Origin: a virus
Lineage: Duplodnaviria; Caudoviricetes
Length of the DNA stretch: 24,393 nucleotides
IMG/VR virus record: IMGVR_UViG_3300027586_001229
Location: 1 to 24,393 of that record
Reading direction: 5' to 3' (one strand)
Shown: piece after piece, positions 8,296 through 16,351 of the stretch
How positions within the stretch are numbered: position 1 is the stretch's first letter
How the letters are laid out: every line of letters starts with the position of its first letter
The notes under the pieces: generated by a model
Databases searched by the model: none
Told to the model about the DNA's origin: nothing
Seen by the model: only the letters and a program-made list of their open reading frames with translations
Translations under genes and position numbers: made by a program

Positions 8296-8646
8296 TTAGT
8301 ACCTAAAAATCCCAGTCTCAATATTTTTGAGTTGGGCACTACTAACCAATTTTGAAACTGGTTCTTTTGGATTTGAAAAGAAAGCAAAGTAGTCAACATC
8401 ACTTAAATTTTCTTCAATCCAGGATGGTGCAACTTTGTAGAACTTAATTTTTTTTCCACGGGACTTCATTCCACGCTCTGACAAATTAACAAACTCCATA
8501 ACCATCATATTGACATTGCTTGGTCCAGCACTGTAAACATAAAAATAAGGATCATCATTTTTTAACGCTGACATAGATACACCCATAGCACGAAGAAAGA
8601 CTTGGTAGTCATCAAAGGCGTTAGTTCCCTGTACTGCTACTATCAT
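8296..8646 (-). CDS. Hypothetical protein (possibly SLOG/YspA-like fold)
   Basis: MIVAVQGTNAFDDY N-terminus recalls the DUF2493/SLOG 'IIxGxRxFxDY' pattern; function tentative. Confidence 0.6.
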   Translation of the reverse strand: MIVAVQGTNAFDDYQVFLRAMGVSMSALKNDDPYFYVYSAGPSNVNMMVMEFVNLSERGMKSRGKKIKFYKVAPSWIEENLSDVDYFAFFSNPKEPVSKLVSSAQLKNIETGIFRY

Positions 8647-9040
8647 TTGAATCTCCTTCCTTTAGTTGGTCCATTATAAAAAGCATCTTGTCTAATTGTA
8701 CCTTATTCATACTCATCGTGTCAACTAGCCTTGCAGACTCAGTATCAATATCATTTCCATCCATATCTGCAACATAAAATAGATTGTCTCTAACAAAATA
8801 TGCCTGCCTGTCTAAAATAATAACACGGACATTTGTTTTTCTTTCATGCTTTGATGTTTGAGTTTCTTTCCTTTTTCTTTGGAATGCCTCATCTGGAAGG
8901 ATTGGCTTTACTAATTCAAAGATGTGGCTTTGGCTGTATCTTAGTTTAATTGGACTTTTCTTGTAGGAATCGTAACTGGACAATTTCAAGAAAATAAAAA
9001 TCACTAAGAAACTAAACATTGATCCAAGAAAATAACTCAT
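8621..9040 (-). CDS. Hypothetical protein with N-terminal TM helix
   Basis: 139 aa; AGGAGG SD; own promoter upstream. Confidence 0.8.
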   Translation of the reverse strand: MSYFLGSMFSFLVIFIFLKLSSYDSYKKSPIKLRYSQSHIFELVKPILPDEAFQRKRKETQTSKHERKTNVRVIILDRQAYFVRDNLFYVADMDGNDIDTESARLVDTMSMNKVQLDKMLFIMDQLKEGDSNDSSSTGN

Positions 9041-9058
9041 TATTTGCCTCCTAATATA

Positions 9059-9067
9059 ATTATACCA
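9059..9067 (-). promoter_or_regulatory. Extended -10 promoter
   Basis: TGGTATAAT, followed by SD AGGAGG and ATG 9040. Confidence 0.65.
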
Positions 9068-9397
9068 TTAGGAATCTAAAAGTATTCTTATGATTTCTTT
9101 TAGTGTGTACTGGTGATTTTTGTTTAACTTGGCTACTTCTTCCTTGTCTAATGCTTTAGGTGTTAGCCTAACCATAGGATTTTTATCAGTTACATCCATA
9201 TCTAGGAAACCGTGCTGCCACAAAGCCATAGTCTCTACTGAAAAATATTTAGAAAATTCATCGTGAAGTGATGGGTTAATTGTTTTCATTTTATCTGTAA
9301 AATTATACAACATCTCTCCACTTTCAATATCAATACCAGCAATTTGTAGAGCGCCTTGTAAAATTAAATCCTCAATCATCTTATCTTCTTCAGACAC
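9068..9397 (-). CDS. Hypothetical protein (paralog of 9390-9611)
   Basis: LILQGALQIAGIDIESGEMLYNFTDK motif; GTG start with GGAG SD. Confidence 0.8.
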   Translation of the reverse strand: MSEEDKMIEDLILQGALQIAGIDIESGEMLYNFTDKMKTINPSLHDEFSKYFSVETMALWQHGFLDMDVTDKNPMVRLTPKALDKEEVAKLNKNHQYTLKEIIRILLDS

Positions 9398-9611
9398 GGA
9401 GTCTCCAATTCATAGCCTTTGGCCCTTGCTTAACCATCTGAAACATATGATGCTTATACTGCTCAGTAAGATCAGCGTACAGTTCTGGATTAACTAACTC
9501 AAGTTTATCTGTAATTGAGTATAGCATTTCTCCTTTATCATCAATACCAGCCATCTCAATGGCTCCTTGCATTATTAGGTGCTCAACCATTGCTTGGCTT
9601 TTTAGATTCAC
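9390..9611 (-). CDS. Hypothetical protein (paralog of 9068-9397)
   Basis: LIMQGAIEMAGIDDKGEMLYSITDK motif; GTGA coupling to thioredoxin. Confidence 0.8.
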   Translation of the reverse strand: MNLKSQAMVEHLIMQGAIEMAGIDDKGEMLYSITDKLELVNPELYADLTEQYKHHMFQMVKQGPKAMNWRLRV

Positions 9612-9862
9612 GATACCCTCGCAAATTTTAGAAACTCTTCTTTATTTTTGGCGCCGTTCATTCTGTCAATCTCCAAACCATCTTCTAAAAGAATGTATGT
9701 TGGGATAGACTTTATTCCAAATCTTTCTAGCAGTTCAATTTCTATGTCTGCATCTACAAAAACAAAGTCTATAAAACCTTCTCGTTTTAACTCTTCTGCA
9801 ACTGGCCTAGTTCTTTCACAAGGGTTACACCAGTCAGCAGTAAAGTAAAGAACATGATTCAT
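9608..9862 (-). CDS. Thioredoxin
   Basis: FTADWCNPC active site; IKSIPT cis-Pro motif. Confidence 0.92.
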   Translation of the reverse strand: MNHVLYFTADWCNPCERTRPVAEELKREGFIDFVFVDADIEIELLERFGIKSIPTYILLEDGLEIDRMNGAKNKEEFLKFARVS

Positions 9863-10266
9863 TTTCCAGAAATCTTTCTAGCCTTTGCAAGTGCCACAAA
9901 GTCTTTAATCTTTGTCTCTCCCATATATCCCCAAGCGTGTCCATCGTTAATCATCTTGTCATTGATAGACTCTGTGTCTCCATCAAGATAAACCCAACCA
10001 AGAATACGACCATATTTTTCTGAAGAGTCCATTTTTTCTGTCTTGATTACAACAGACTTAGCCCCATCGATAGCATGCTTTAAATAAGACTTTGCTTCCA
10101 GTCCTAAAGCCTTTTCAACCTTGTCTGTAGTGCGAGACTCAGGGGTATCAATACCAGCCAGTCTGACTCTTGAACTAAAAGAAATGTCAAACCCTAAATC
10201 AATTTCGACATCAATGGTATCTCCATCAACGACCTTTGTTACTTTCTTTACATAATATTCAAACAT
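9859..10266 (-). CDS. Staphylococcal nuclease (thermonuclease) family protein
   Basis: VVDGDTI, RVRLAGIDTPE and KYGRILG; likely start at ATG 10266 (TAATG coupling). Confidence 0.92.
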   Translation of the reverse strand: MFEYYVKKVTKVVDGDTIDVEIDLGFDISFSSRVRLAGIDTPESRTTDKVEKALGLEAKSYLKHAIDGAKSVVIKTEKMDSSEKYGRILGWVYLDGDTESINDKMINDGHAWGYMGETKIKDFVALAKARKISGK

Positions 10267-10469
10267 TAGTTTCTCCCCCATCTAACTTTATTCCAACCAC
10301 GCTCATGGAAGTAATAAAGGATTGTTTTTGTAACTACCTCGAAACTTGCGATTGCACCTGCTGTAACTGGCTCTTTGGTTATAAGCCAAGCAATAGCAAA
10401 TGTATCTGCTGTTCCAATTATACGCCATGTAATGGCCTTTAGTGCTGATCTTTGTTTAGATACATTCAT
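10266..10469 (-). CDS. DUF2061 family small membrane protein
   Basis: RSALKAITWRIIGTADT...KTILYYFHERGWNKVRWG; likely start at ATG 10469. Confidence 0.88.
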   Translation of the reverse strand: MNVSKQRSALKAITWRIIGTADTFAIAWLITKEPVTAGAIASFEVVTKTILYYFHERGWNKVRWGRN

Positions 10470-10558
10470 GATGGCCACTCAATTTTGCTTGGCTTAGTGA
10501 TGAAGTTCCAGACTTTAGATGCCCATCTCTTTACGTTTTTGCGTAGCGCTAATAGCAT
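10466..10558 (-). CDS. Possible 30 aa bridging peptide
   Basis: MLLALRKNVKRWASKVWNFITKPSKIEWPS; overlaps the kinase 3' end and stops in an ATGA overlap with DUF2061. Confidence 0.3.
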   Translation of the reverse strand: MLLALRKNVKRWASKVWNFITKPSKIEWPS

Positions 10559-11276
10559 GAATGTCTGCCCCCAAATCTACTTGCTCAATCTTGTATCCAA
10601 CATCACGACCATATACAATGTTAGTAATGTTAGGTAGTCTTAGTACTAATGCCCCGTCCATAAATTCATCCTTGGCAATATATTCTTTTACTTGATCAAA
10701 TTTAAGTGGATCTTTTTCGCTTGTGTTGTAGGTATTACGGACTCCAAGTAGGACTTGGTCAGTTCTATTCACCGCTTCCTTGTAAAGGGCGTGGTGGCCT
10801 TCGTGCCAAGGCTGGTACCTACCCAGCATAAGAGTTGTAGGTGCAGACCAATCATGTAGGCCAAACTTATTAATAATGTAAGATGACTTTGATTCACAAT
10901 CTTGACCATGGCTAATAAAAGATACATCAAACTCTGTTGGTCGCTCAAACATTTTATTTGTGTCTTCAAACCTACCCTCAGAAATAGTATCCATAAATAT
11001 TAATATGTCTGGTTTGCCAAATGCTGTACGAGTTAATTCAGTGGGGCACACAAAGTCAACAATGACTGGAGCAACACCCTGCTTGGCAATAAGTCTTGCC
11101 ATCTCACCCATACGACGAGCCTGCTCAAGTCTATCTTCTGGTGTAAAACCTAAATCTGAATTAACAGTTGCACGAACCTCATCTGCATTAAGATGAATAG
11201 CGTTAATGCGTTCTTTAAGTGCCTTTGCTAATTCTGTCTTGCCAGAACCTGGTAGGCCTATAATCTGAATAATCAT
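10515..11276 (-). CDS. Adenylylsulfate-kinase-like P-loop domain fused to HIGH-type nucleotidyltransferase
   Basis: GLPGSGKT, LNADEVR and LGFTPEDRLEQARR (CysC-like), then GRYQPWHEGH and ISATQKR (HIGH/KMSKS-like). Confidence 0.85.
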   Translation of the reverse strand: MIIQIIGLPGSGKTELAKALKERINAIHLNADEVRATVNSDLGFTPEDRLEQARRMGEMARLIAKQGVAPVIVDFVCPTELTRTAFGKPDILIFMDTISEGRFEDTNKMFERPTEFDVSFISHGQDCESKSSYIINKFGLHDWSAPTTLMLGRYQPWHEGHHALYKEAVNRTDQVLLGVRNTYNTSEKDPLKFDQVKEYIAKDEFMDGALVLRLPNITNIVYGRDVGYKIEQVDLGADIHAISATQKRKEMGI

Positions 11277-11278
11277 TT

Positions 11279-11509
11279 TTATTCCTTAACTAATTTATCT
11301 CGTTCATCAACAATACTAATCATAAACGACATCATGCTATTATATCCATCTGGGATAGCCATTATTTTATTGTAGTGATGTCCGCAAAACAATAAGTCTC
11401 CAGTAATTCCAGTAACCTTTACCAAGGCTTCTGCGTTACACCTATCACATCGATCATTTGGTGATAGTAGCCATTCTTGCTTTACTTCATCTTTGATCAT
11501 TGTAAACAT
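11279..11509 (-). CDS. Small Zn-finger protein (actinobacterial type)
   Basis: DRCDRCNAEA...LLFCGHH; likely start at ATG 11509 or 11500. Confidence 0.8.
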   Translation of the reverse strand: MFTMIKDEVKQEWLLSPNDRCDRCNAEALVKVTGITGDLLFCGHHYNKIMAIPDGYNSMMSFMISIVDERDKLVKE

Positions 11510-11510
11510 A

Positions 11511-11696
11511 TTATACCTTCCGATTGTCAGTGGAATAAAATCCACTACCGTTGAATACTGCTCCTACATTAGAGTATACACGAGTTAGATCCAAATTGCA
11601 AGTCTCACACTTGTAACCTGGATCATTTTCAGAAATAGATCGCTCTTTAAGAAAATTGTCATTGCATTTGGTGCAATTATATTCGTAAATAGCCAT
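11511..11696 (-). CDS. FmdB-family zinc-ribbon protein
   Basis: MAIYEYNCTKC...CETC...RVYS...FNGSGFYSTD. Confidence 0.9.
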   Translation of the reverse strand: MAIYEYNCTKCNDNFLKERSISENDPGYKCETCNLDLTRVYSNVGAVFNGSGFYSTDNRKV

Positions 11697-11701
11697 AGAT
11701 G

Positions 11702-11809
11702 TTATTTTTTCTTTTTTGCTTTTACTGTCCAGTATGGCAAGTTGAGGTTATCTCCGCCCCACTCATATCCAAGTGCTTTTACAACAAACCTAATTATTTT
11801 AATACGCAT
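11702..11809 (-). CDS. Small basic protein (35 aa)
   Basis: MRIKIIRFVVKALGYEWGGDNLNLPYWTVKAKKKK; TAATG-coupled to the endolysin stop. Confidence 0.7.
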   Translation of the reverse strand: MRIKIIRFVVKALGYEWGGDNLNLPYWTVKAKKKK

Positions 11810-12459
11810 TATAGTGCTACCTGAGCCCTTCCTCCGCCACCAGATGATTTCTTTGCTACTGGGGTTGATGTTTTCTTTGCAGAATCTGCTGATGTTGCCT
11901 TAACTGGTGTAGGTGCTGCTGCTAACTTATTAAGTAGTGAAGCATTTTCCTCGCCAGTATAAACTGGACGACCCCAACCAACTACAGCATTTACCAACTT
12001 CTTTTTGTTGTTCTTTACATAACCACGAGTCTTCTCAACACACATTCCTCCGTTGCGCTGGTCTCCCTTTGCAGTTCCTGAAGTGTTTCCCTCAATAACT
12101 TGGATAGTTCCATCGCCATTGTTCTTAATACAAATACCAACATGTGAAATACGATTTACACCATCTTCTGGAAAATCAAAAAAGATCCAGTCTCCTGCTT
12201 GTGGATCATCATTGCGAGCATCTGACCAACGCTTTTCTTTCTTAAACTGATCTGATGCTGCTACTGTTGATGCTGACTTAGGGAATGATTTTACTCCCGC
12301 TGTAAATGCACACCAAGAAACAAATGATTGGCACCATGGTTGGAAATTAACCTTCATCCATGCACCATACTTTGTTTCGTTATCTTTAGGGCCTTCAATT
12401 GTGCCCAATTCTTTCTTTGCAACCTCAATGATTGCTTCTACTGATCCTTTTATTGACAT
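11809..12459 (-). CDS. CHAP-domain peptidoglycan hydrolase (endolysin)
   Basis: PWCQSFVSW (Cys), SHVGI (His) and IEGNTS; low-complexity A/K/T/S tail. Confidence 0.9.
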   Translation of the reverse strand: MSIKGSVEAIIEVAKKELGTIEGPKDNETKYGAWMKVNFQPWCQSFVSWCAFTAGVKSFPKSASTVAASDQFKKEKRWSDARNDDPQAGDWIFFDFPEDGVNRISHVGICIKNNGDGTIQVIEGNTSGTAKGDQRNGGMCVEKTRGYVKNNKKKLVNAVVGWGRPVYTGEENASLLNKLAAAPTPVKATSADSAKKTSTPVAKKSSGGGGRAQVAL

Positions 12460-12743
12460 TACATTTCCTCCTTGTTAGTTTCTACAAAAGACATATGGCT
12501 CATATCGTGAGCAGTTGATGCTTCTGGGCTTCCTGACTCCTGTGCAAGTTTTTTATAAGCAGCACAGAGTTGTTGGTATTTCCCATACATAAACGCAAGT
12601 TCTGAATTAAGAGTTTCTATAATATGTTGCGCTGCATTCATGACTCCTTCATTACTAGCCAGAAGTTCTGTAATGTATTCAACAGTTTCTGCTGTAGATT
12701 TTACACGAGCATCATTCATATCTGCAGGATTATTGTTTTCCAT
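12459..12743 (-). CDS. Hypothetical coiled-coil protein
   Basis: 94 aa helical ORF; TAATG-coupled to the endolysin. Confidence 0.7.
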   Translation of the reverse strand: MENNNPADMNDARVKSTAETVEYITELLASNEGVMNAAQHIIETLNSELAFMYGKYQQLCAAYKKLAQESGSPEASTAHDMSHMSFVETNKEEM

Positions 12744-12744
12744 T

Positions 12745-13413
12745 TTATTCCGTTCCGTCTGTATAGACTTTTTTGATCATATTGTGGTACCAGTTTGGCA
12801 ATGCGTATCTGATTCCTTTTGTTACACTACTAATTTCATGAACAAAAACATAGTTTGATGGGAAAAATATTGCGCTACCCGCTTCTGGTTTTATAGAAAC
12901 TCCGTCTTTTCCAATGTGCGGAAACGATATAACTCCACCCTCATAGTCATCATTTAGATATAAAACAACTGATAAAGTTCTGCTACTGCTTCCGTGGTCT
13001 GTATGTGCTGGAAGATATCCAGACTCTTCATACTTAAGAATACTCATATTGTCTTCTTTACCTTTTAAATTTCTTCCTGCATAAGGATAAACTTCTTTAG
13101 AGTAATGATTAAATGCAGTGTCAAGACCATTAAAAAGTCTGTCTGATATTAAAGAATACTCACCAAAATAAGGATCTGATTGGCTCATATCCTCTGTTCT
13201 TGGAAGCCATCTTTGCTTACAAAAGTGTAGGTCTCCATGATCCCAATTATGCCAGGGCTTCACTACGCTATTGTCTAGATTGTGTGAACCGTTTTGAATT
13301 GCTTCGGCAACAGCATCATTGATTTCTTCAATGTCATTAATAATTTTATAAGGATCTTGTATTAAGTTTGTATAGTAGACTAAGCCATCGCCAAGTATTT
13401 CATATTTAAACAT
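12745..13413 (-). CDS. 2OG-Fe(II) oxygenase (P4H-like)
   Basis: HTD...LSVVLYLNDDYEGG...FPSNYVFVHE...GIRY. Confidence 0.93.
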   Translation of the reverse strand: MFKYEILGDGLVYYTNLIQDPYKIINDIEEINDAVAEAIQNGSHNLDNSVVKPWHNWDHGDLHFCKQRWLPRTEDMSQSDPYFGEYSLISDRLFNGLDTAFNHYSKEVYPYAGRNLKGKEDNMSILKYEESGYLPAHTDHGSSSRTLSVVLYLNDDYEGGVISFPHIGKDGVSIKPEAGSAIFFPSNYVFVHEISSVTKGIRYALPNWYHNMIKKVYTDGTE

Positions 13414-14237
13414 TACATTTGCTCCTTCTTTTCTACATTGTACACTCTTTTGTCATCTTCTGTCAAGCCTTCGTCTGTGCTAAACACTGGCTCTGGGAGT
13501 CCAGGAACAGACCTAACATGACTAACATACAGATCTTGCCAGATTGCTAGTCTTTGCTGTTGAAAAGCAAGAAAATCTTTATCTCTAATAAAATCATTAC
13601 CGTATAGGTTTTTCCAGTGGTCTTTTCTTATTAGGTGAAAAAATACTGCTTTATAGTTTTCAGATGGATCACTAGAACCCCATGCTGGTCTATAATGAAA
13701 GTCTAATTCTGGCTGAACAATAATTGCATCATTTGGTTTAGTGATAAATTCTTTATCATGTGCAACAAATCCCCAGTCACGGTTGCCACCTATATGAAGA
13801 TCTACCATGTAGCATCCTGGAGACCAATCTAGGTGAACTTGTAAGAATGGTTTTCTGCCTTCTGCAGTTATTTGATGATGTGCGTACAGGTAATAGCCTA
13901 ACTCAACATCCTCTGTTCCAAGTATTTCTTGAGTTCTTTTTACTGCTTTATCAAAGAAATAGTCTGGTATTTGAATTGCATCTTCCCATTTGTTCATTTG
14001 CTTTGTATATGCAATATCTTTTATATCTTTTGCTTCTAAAATTCCTTTTAGTTCTTCAAAGTCTGACTTCTCAAAAAATCCATCAACTAAAAATGGATCA
14101 AAAAATAAAACATTTTTTCTAAACATTTCTTCAAATTTTAAGTAGTGATCTCTTGAGCAGTGCGTCCACTGAATCATGCTCTCATCTGGATGATTTTCAA
14201 GCATTGCAAAGGTTGTTTCTCTAAAGTTAATTGTCAT
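13413..14237 (-). CDS. Divergent 2OG-Fe(II) oxygenase-like protein
   Basis: LQVHLD...YMVDL...FHYR...VFFH double-stranded beta-helix pattern. Confidence 0.6.
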   Translation of the reverse strand: MTINFRETTFAMLENHPDESMIQWTHCSRDHYLKFEEMFRKNVLFFDPFLVDGFFEKSDFEELKGILEAKDIKDIAYTKQMNKWEDAIQIPDYFFDKAVKRTQEILGTEDVELGYYLYAHHQITAEGRKPFLQVHLDWSPGCYMVDLHIGGNRDWGFVAHDKEFITKPNDAIIVQPELDFHYRPAWGSSDPSENYKAVFFHLIRKDHWKNLYGNDFIRDKDFLAFQQQRLAIWQDLYVSHVRSVPGLPEPVFSTDEGLTEDDKRVYNVEKKEQM

Positions 14238-14240
14238 TTT

Positions 14241-14786
14241 TTAATCCAAGTCTGGGTCAACATGCTCTAGTTGTGTCGTGTGCATGTAAAGTAGAGTTGA
14301 CCTTGATCCACTTTCCAATGGTGTGATTCCGTGTGCCCAGGTTTCTCCTCTGCTTAAAAAGAAAACTCCTGAGTATTTTTTTGGCTTATAATTAAACCCT
14401 AGTTTTGGGAAAAATATTTCTCCGCCTTCAAAGTCTTCATCAAGATAGATGCAAGTACTATACTCAATGAATGGTTCTGGGTCTTGATCATCAACATGTG
14501 GAAGACCATAACCACCAGGAAGCCAAGTAGAACCAAAACATTTAAAAGTTTTTATGTCTTTGCTTTCTTCTGGATTTGCTTTTTGGTGAACTTCATTTGA
14601 TAAAATTGCATATTTTTTTTGTATTGCTAAGGTTCTTTCGTTGTATGGGTATCCAGTTCCACCAAACCTTGTCTTGTAGTATTCTGGGTACGGATTTACT
14701 TCAGAAGGATGTCTTAATTCCTGAAGCAAAATCTCAGCATCTTCTGGAGTGATAAAATTTTCAATTACAAATGGTTCTGTTATCAT
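14241..14786 (-). CDS. 2OG-Fe(II) oxygenase (P4H-like)
   Basis: PHVD...CIYLDEDFEGGEIFF...AHGITPLESGSR; AAGGAG SD. Confidence 0.92.
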   Translation of the reverse strand: MITEPFVIENFITPEDAEILLQELRHPSEVNPYPEYYKTRFGGTGYPYNERTLAIQKKYAILSNEVHQKANPEESKDIKTFKCFGSTWLPGGYGLPHVDDQDPEPFIEYSTCIYLDEDFEGGEIFFPKLGFNYKPKKYSGVFFLSRGETWAHGITPLESGSRSTLLYMHTTQLEHVDPDLD

Positions 14787-14802
14787 TTTTTCTCCTTAAT
14801 TA

Positions 14803-14811
14803 ATTATACCA
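14803..14811 (-). promoter_or_regulatory. Extended -10 promoter
   Basis: TGGTATAAT, followed by AAGGAG and ATG 14786. Confidence 0.65.
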
Positions 14812-14817
14812 TATTGA

Positions 14818-15660
14818 TTAGTACATGCTTTTCCCAGATCCGTGGAATCTTTCTGAGGCCATCGAATCAAGGTTCATAACTGGGTCATACTCTATATCAT
14901 TTCTTTCAAATGGAAGTCTTGAAAGTCTTTGGAAATCATATCCAACCAGATTGCTTAGGATTCCAACATCTACTGGTATTGGGAACAGTCTGCTTGGTAC
15001 AGACTTTAGTGTATCTATGACTATATTATAATTGCTACTTGGTGAAAATGGTATAAAATCGTTATCATATATGCTTCCAGATGTCTGATACCAGGCAGTT
15101 GCTAAAGCGTATACCCTGACATTGTTAACTGCACAAAACAAGGAATATGCCTCTTCTATTCCATGGTGCTTAAAGAGTGAAAGGTTTGGCATGCTTTTAA
15201 ATCTATCTGTTGACATAAATATTAATTCTTTTTTGATCCAGTTTGTCATAGTTGTTGTTTCTATTTTATGCATATTGTATTTTGTATAAAATTTGTAATC
15301 TGACAAGTCAAACTCTAAAGAATGGTTTCCAGATATAGCAATGTCCCTTCCTCCATGCCCCATTACCATTTCCATATCCCAGTTTTTTTCTAGGTATACT
15401 TCTCCGTCTATGTACATAAAATATTCTGCAGAGGAACCAGAGACAGCATCTTTAAGATACTTAAACTTAGAAGTCATAGCATCCCATTGCAGGTGTCTAT
15501 ATTCTACATTGTTAAACTTTTCTTCTCTGTTTAGGTTAGTCTGATCATAAACTGTTACAGATATTTTATTAGTACCGCTTTGGTTGTCTATAAGTTTTTT
15601 AACAGAATCTGGAAGACCTTTACTTTTAAATCCATAAACAAATACATCAATTGTGCTCAT
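14818..15660 (-). CDS. GT-A fold glycosyltransferase-like protein (GT60-like, degenerate)
   Basis: IDVFVYGFK, VYDQT, EYFMYIDGEVYLEKNWD and FKHHGIEEAYS resemble GT60 YxLQIDSHxxFxxxWD and FxGEE motifs. Confidence 0.55.
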   Translation of the reverse strand: MSTIDVFVYGFKSKGLPDSVKKLIDNQSGTNKISVTVYDQTNLNREEKFNNVEYRHLQWDAMTSKFKYLKDAVSGSSAEYFMYIDGEVYLEKNWDMEMVMGHGGRDIAISGNHSLEFDLSDYKFYTKYNMHKIETTTMTNWIKKELIFMSTDRFKSMPNLSLFKHHGIEEAYSLFCAVNNVRVYALATAWYQTSGSIYDNDFIPFSPSSNYNIVIDTLKSVPSRLFPIPVDVGILSNLVGYDFQRLSRLPFERNDIEYDPVMNLDSMASERFHGSGKSMY

Positions 15661-16323
15661 TTAAAGTAAAGGTATCCAGTGCTGTTCAACAGTCATATTG
15701 TTTGATACAAGAGACTCAAGAGGCTCAATATCATATGCTACGGTAATTCTAGAACCGCTCCATTGCCAGTCTCCCATTGCATGTGGATGTCCCATTTCTG
15801 AAACAATCATTCTATTATTTTTGTTAACATTGTCAACAATCTGATTATCATCATTAAATAGTTTATAATGAGTAATTGATGGCTCAGCGTTTACACAATA
15901 GTATCCATGGAAATGTGGAGCAAATGGGCCACCGTGATCGTGCCAGTTTAATTTTCCAACCTCTGAATTGTTAATGTTAAACCAGCCTTGTACATAATAC
16001 TGCTGCTTATCAAAATCAACATCATAATATTTGCATGCTTCTTTTACTGTGTCAGATACTGCCTTGTACAAAGTATTAAGACCTGTATGATAAAGTTGAA
16101 ATACATTATATTCTCTCCACTTTACTGTTGACAGACTTCCAGACTCAATCCAAAACTTATCATCATTTTCCATTGTATCTACACCACGAAGTTGTGCTGT
16201 TTCTATTAACTTGTATTTTTCTTCTAAAAAGTTTTGAAGATCTGGCAAGTCAACATCAAGGTGTCTTTCAAAAAACTTGTGTGGCTTTGATGGCGTACCA
16301 CCATTGTTATTATTATTAATCAT
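15661..16323 (-). CDS. 2OG-Fe(II) oxygenase-like protein (TIGR02466-type)
   Basis: GWFNIN...WHDH...HGYYCV...HPH...RITVAYD. Confidence 0.75.
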   Translation of the reverse strand: MINNNNNGGTPSKPHKFFERHLDVDLPDLQNFLEEKYKLIETAQLRGVDTMENDDKFWIESGSLSTVKWREYNVFQLYHTGLNTLYKAVSDTVKEACKYYDVDFDKQQYYVQGWFNINNSEVGKLNWHDHGGPFAPHFHGYYCVNAEPSITHYKLFNDDNQIVDNVNKNNRMIVSEMGHPHAMGDWQWSGSRITVAYDIEPLESLVSNNMTVEQHWIPLL

Positions 16324-16351
16324 TTTTTACCTTTCGACTATAACTATTATA

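Noticed and set aside
16303-16320. (AAT)n poly-Asn tract as a phase-variable repeat
   Set aside because: It is short, in-frame and interrupted by AAC; expected in AT-rich DNA.
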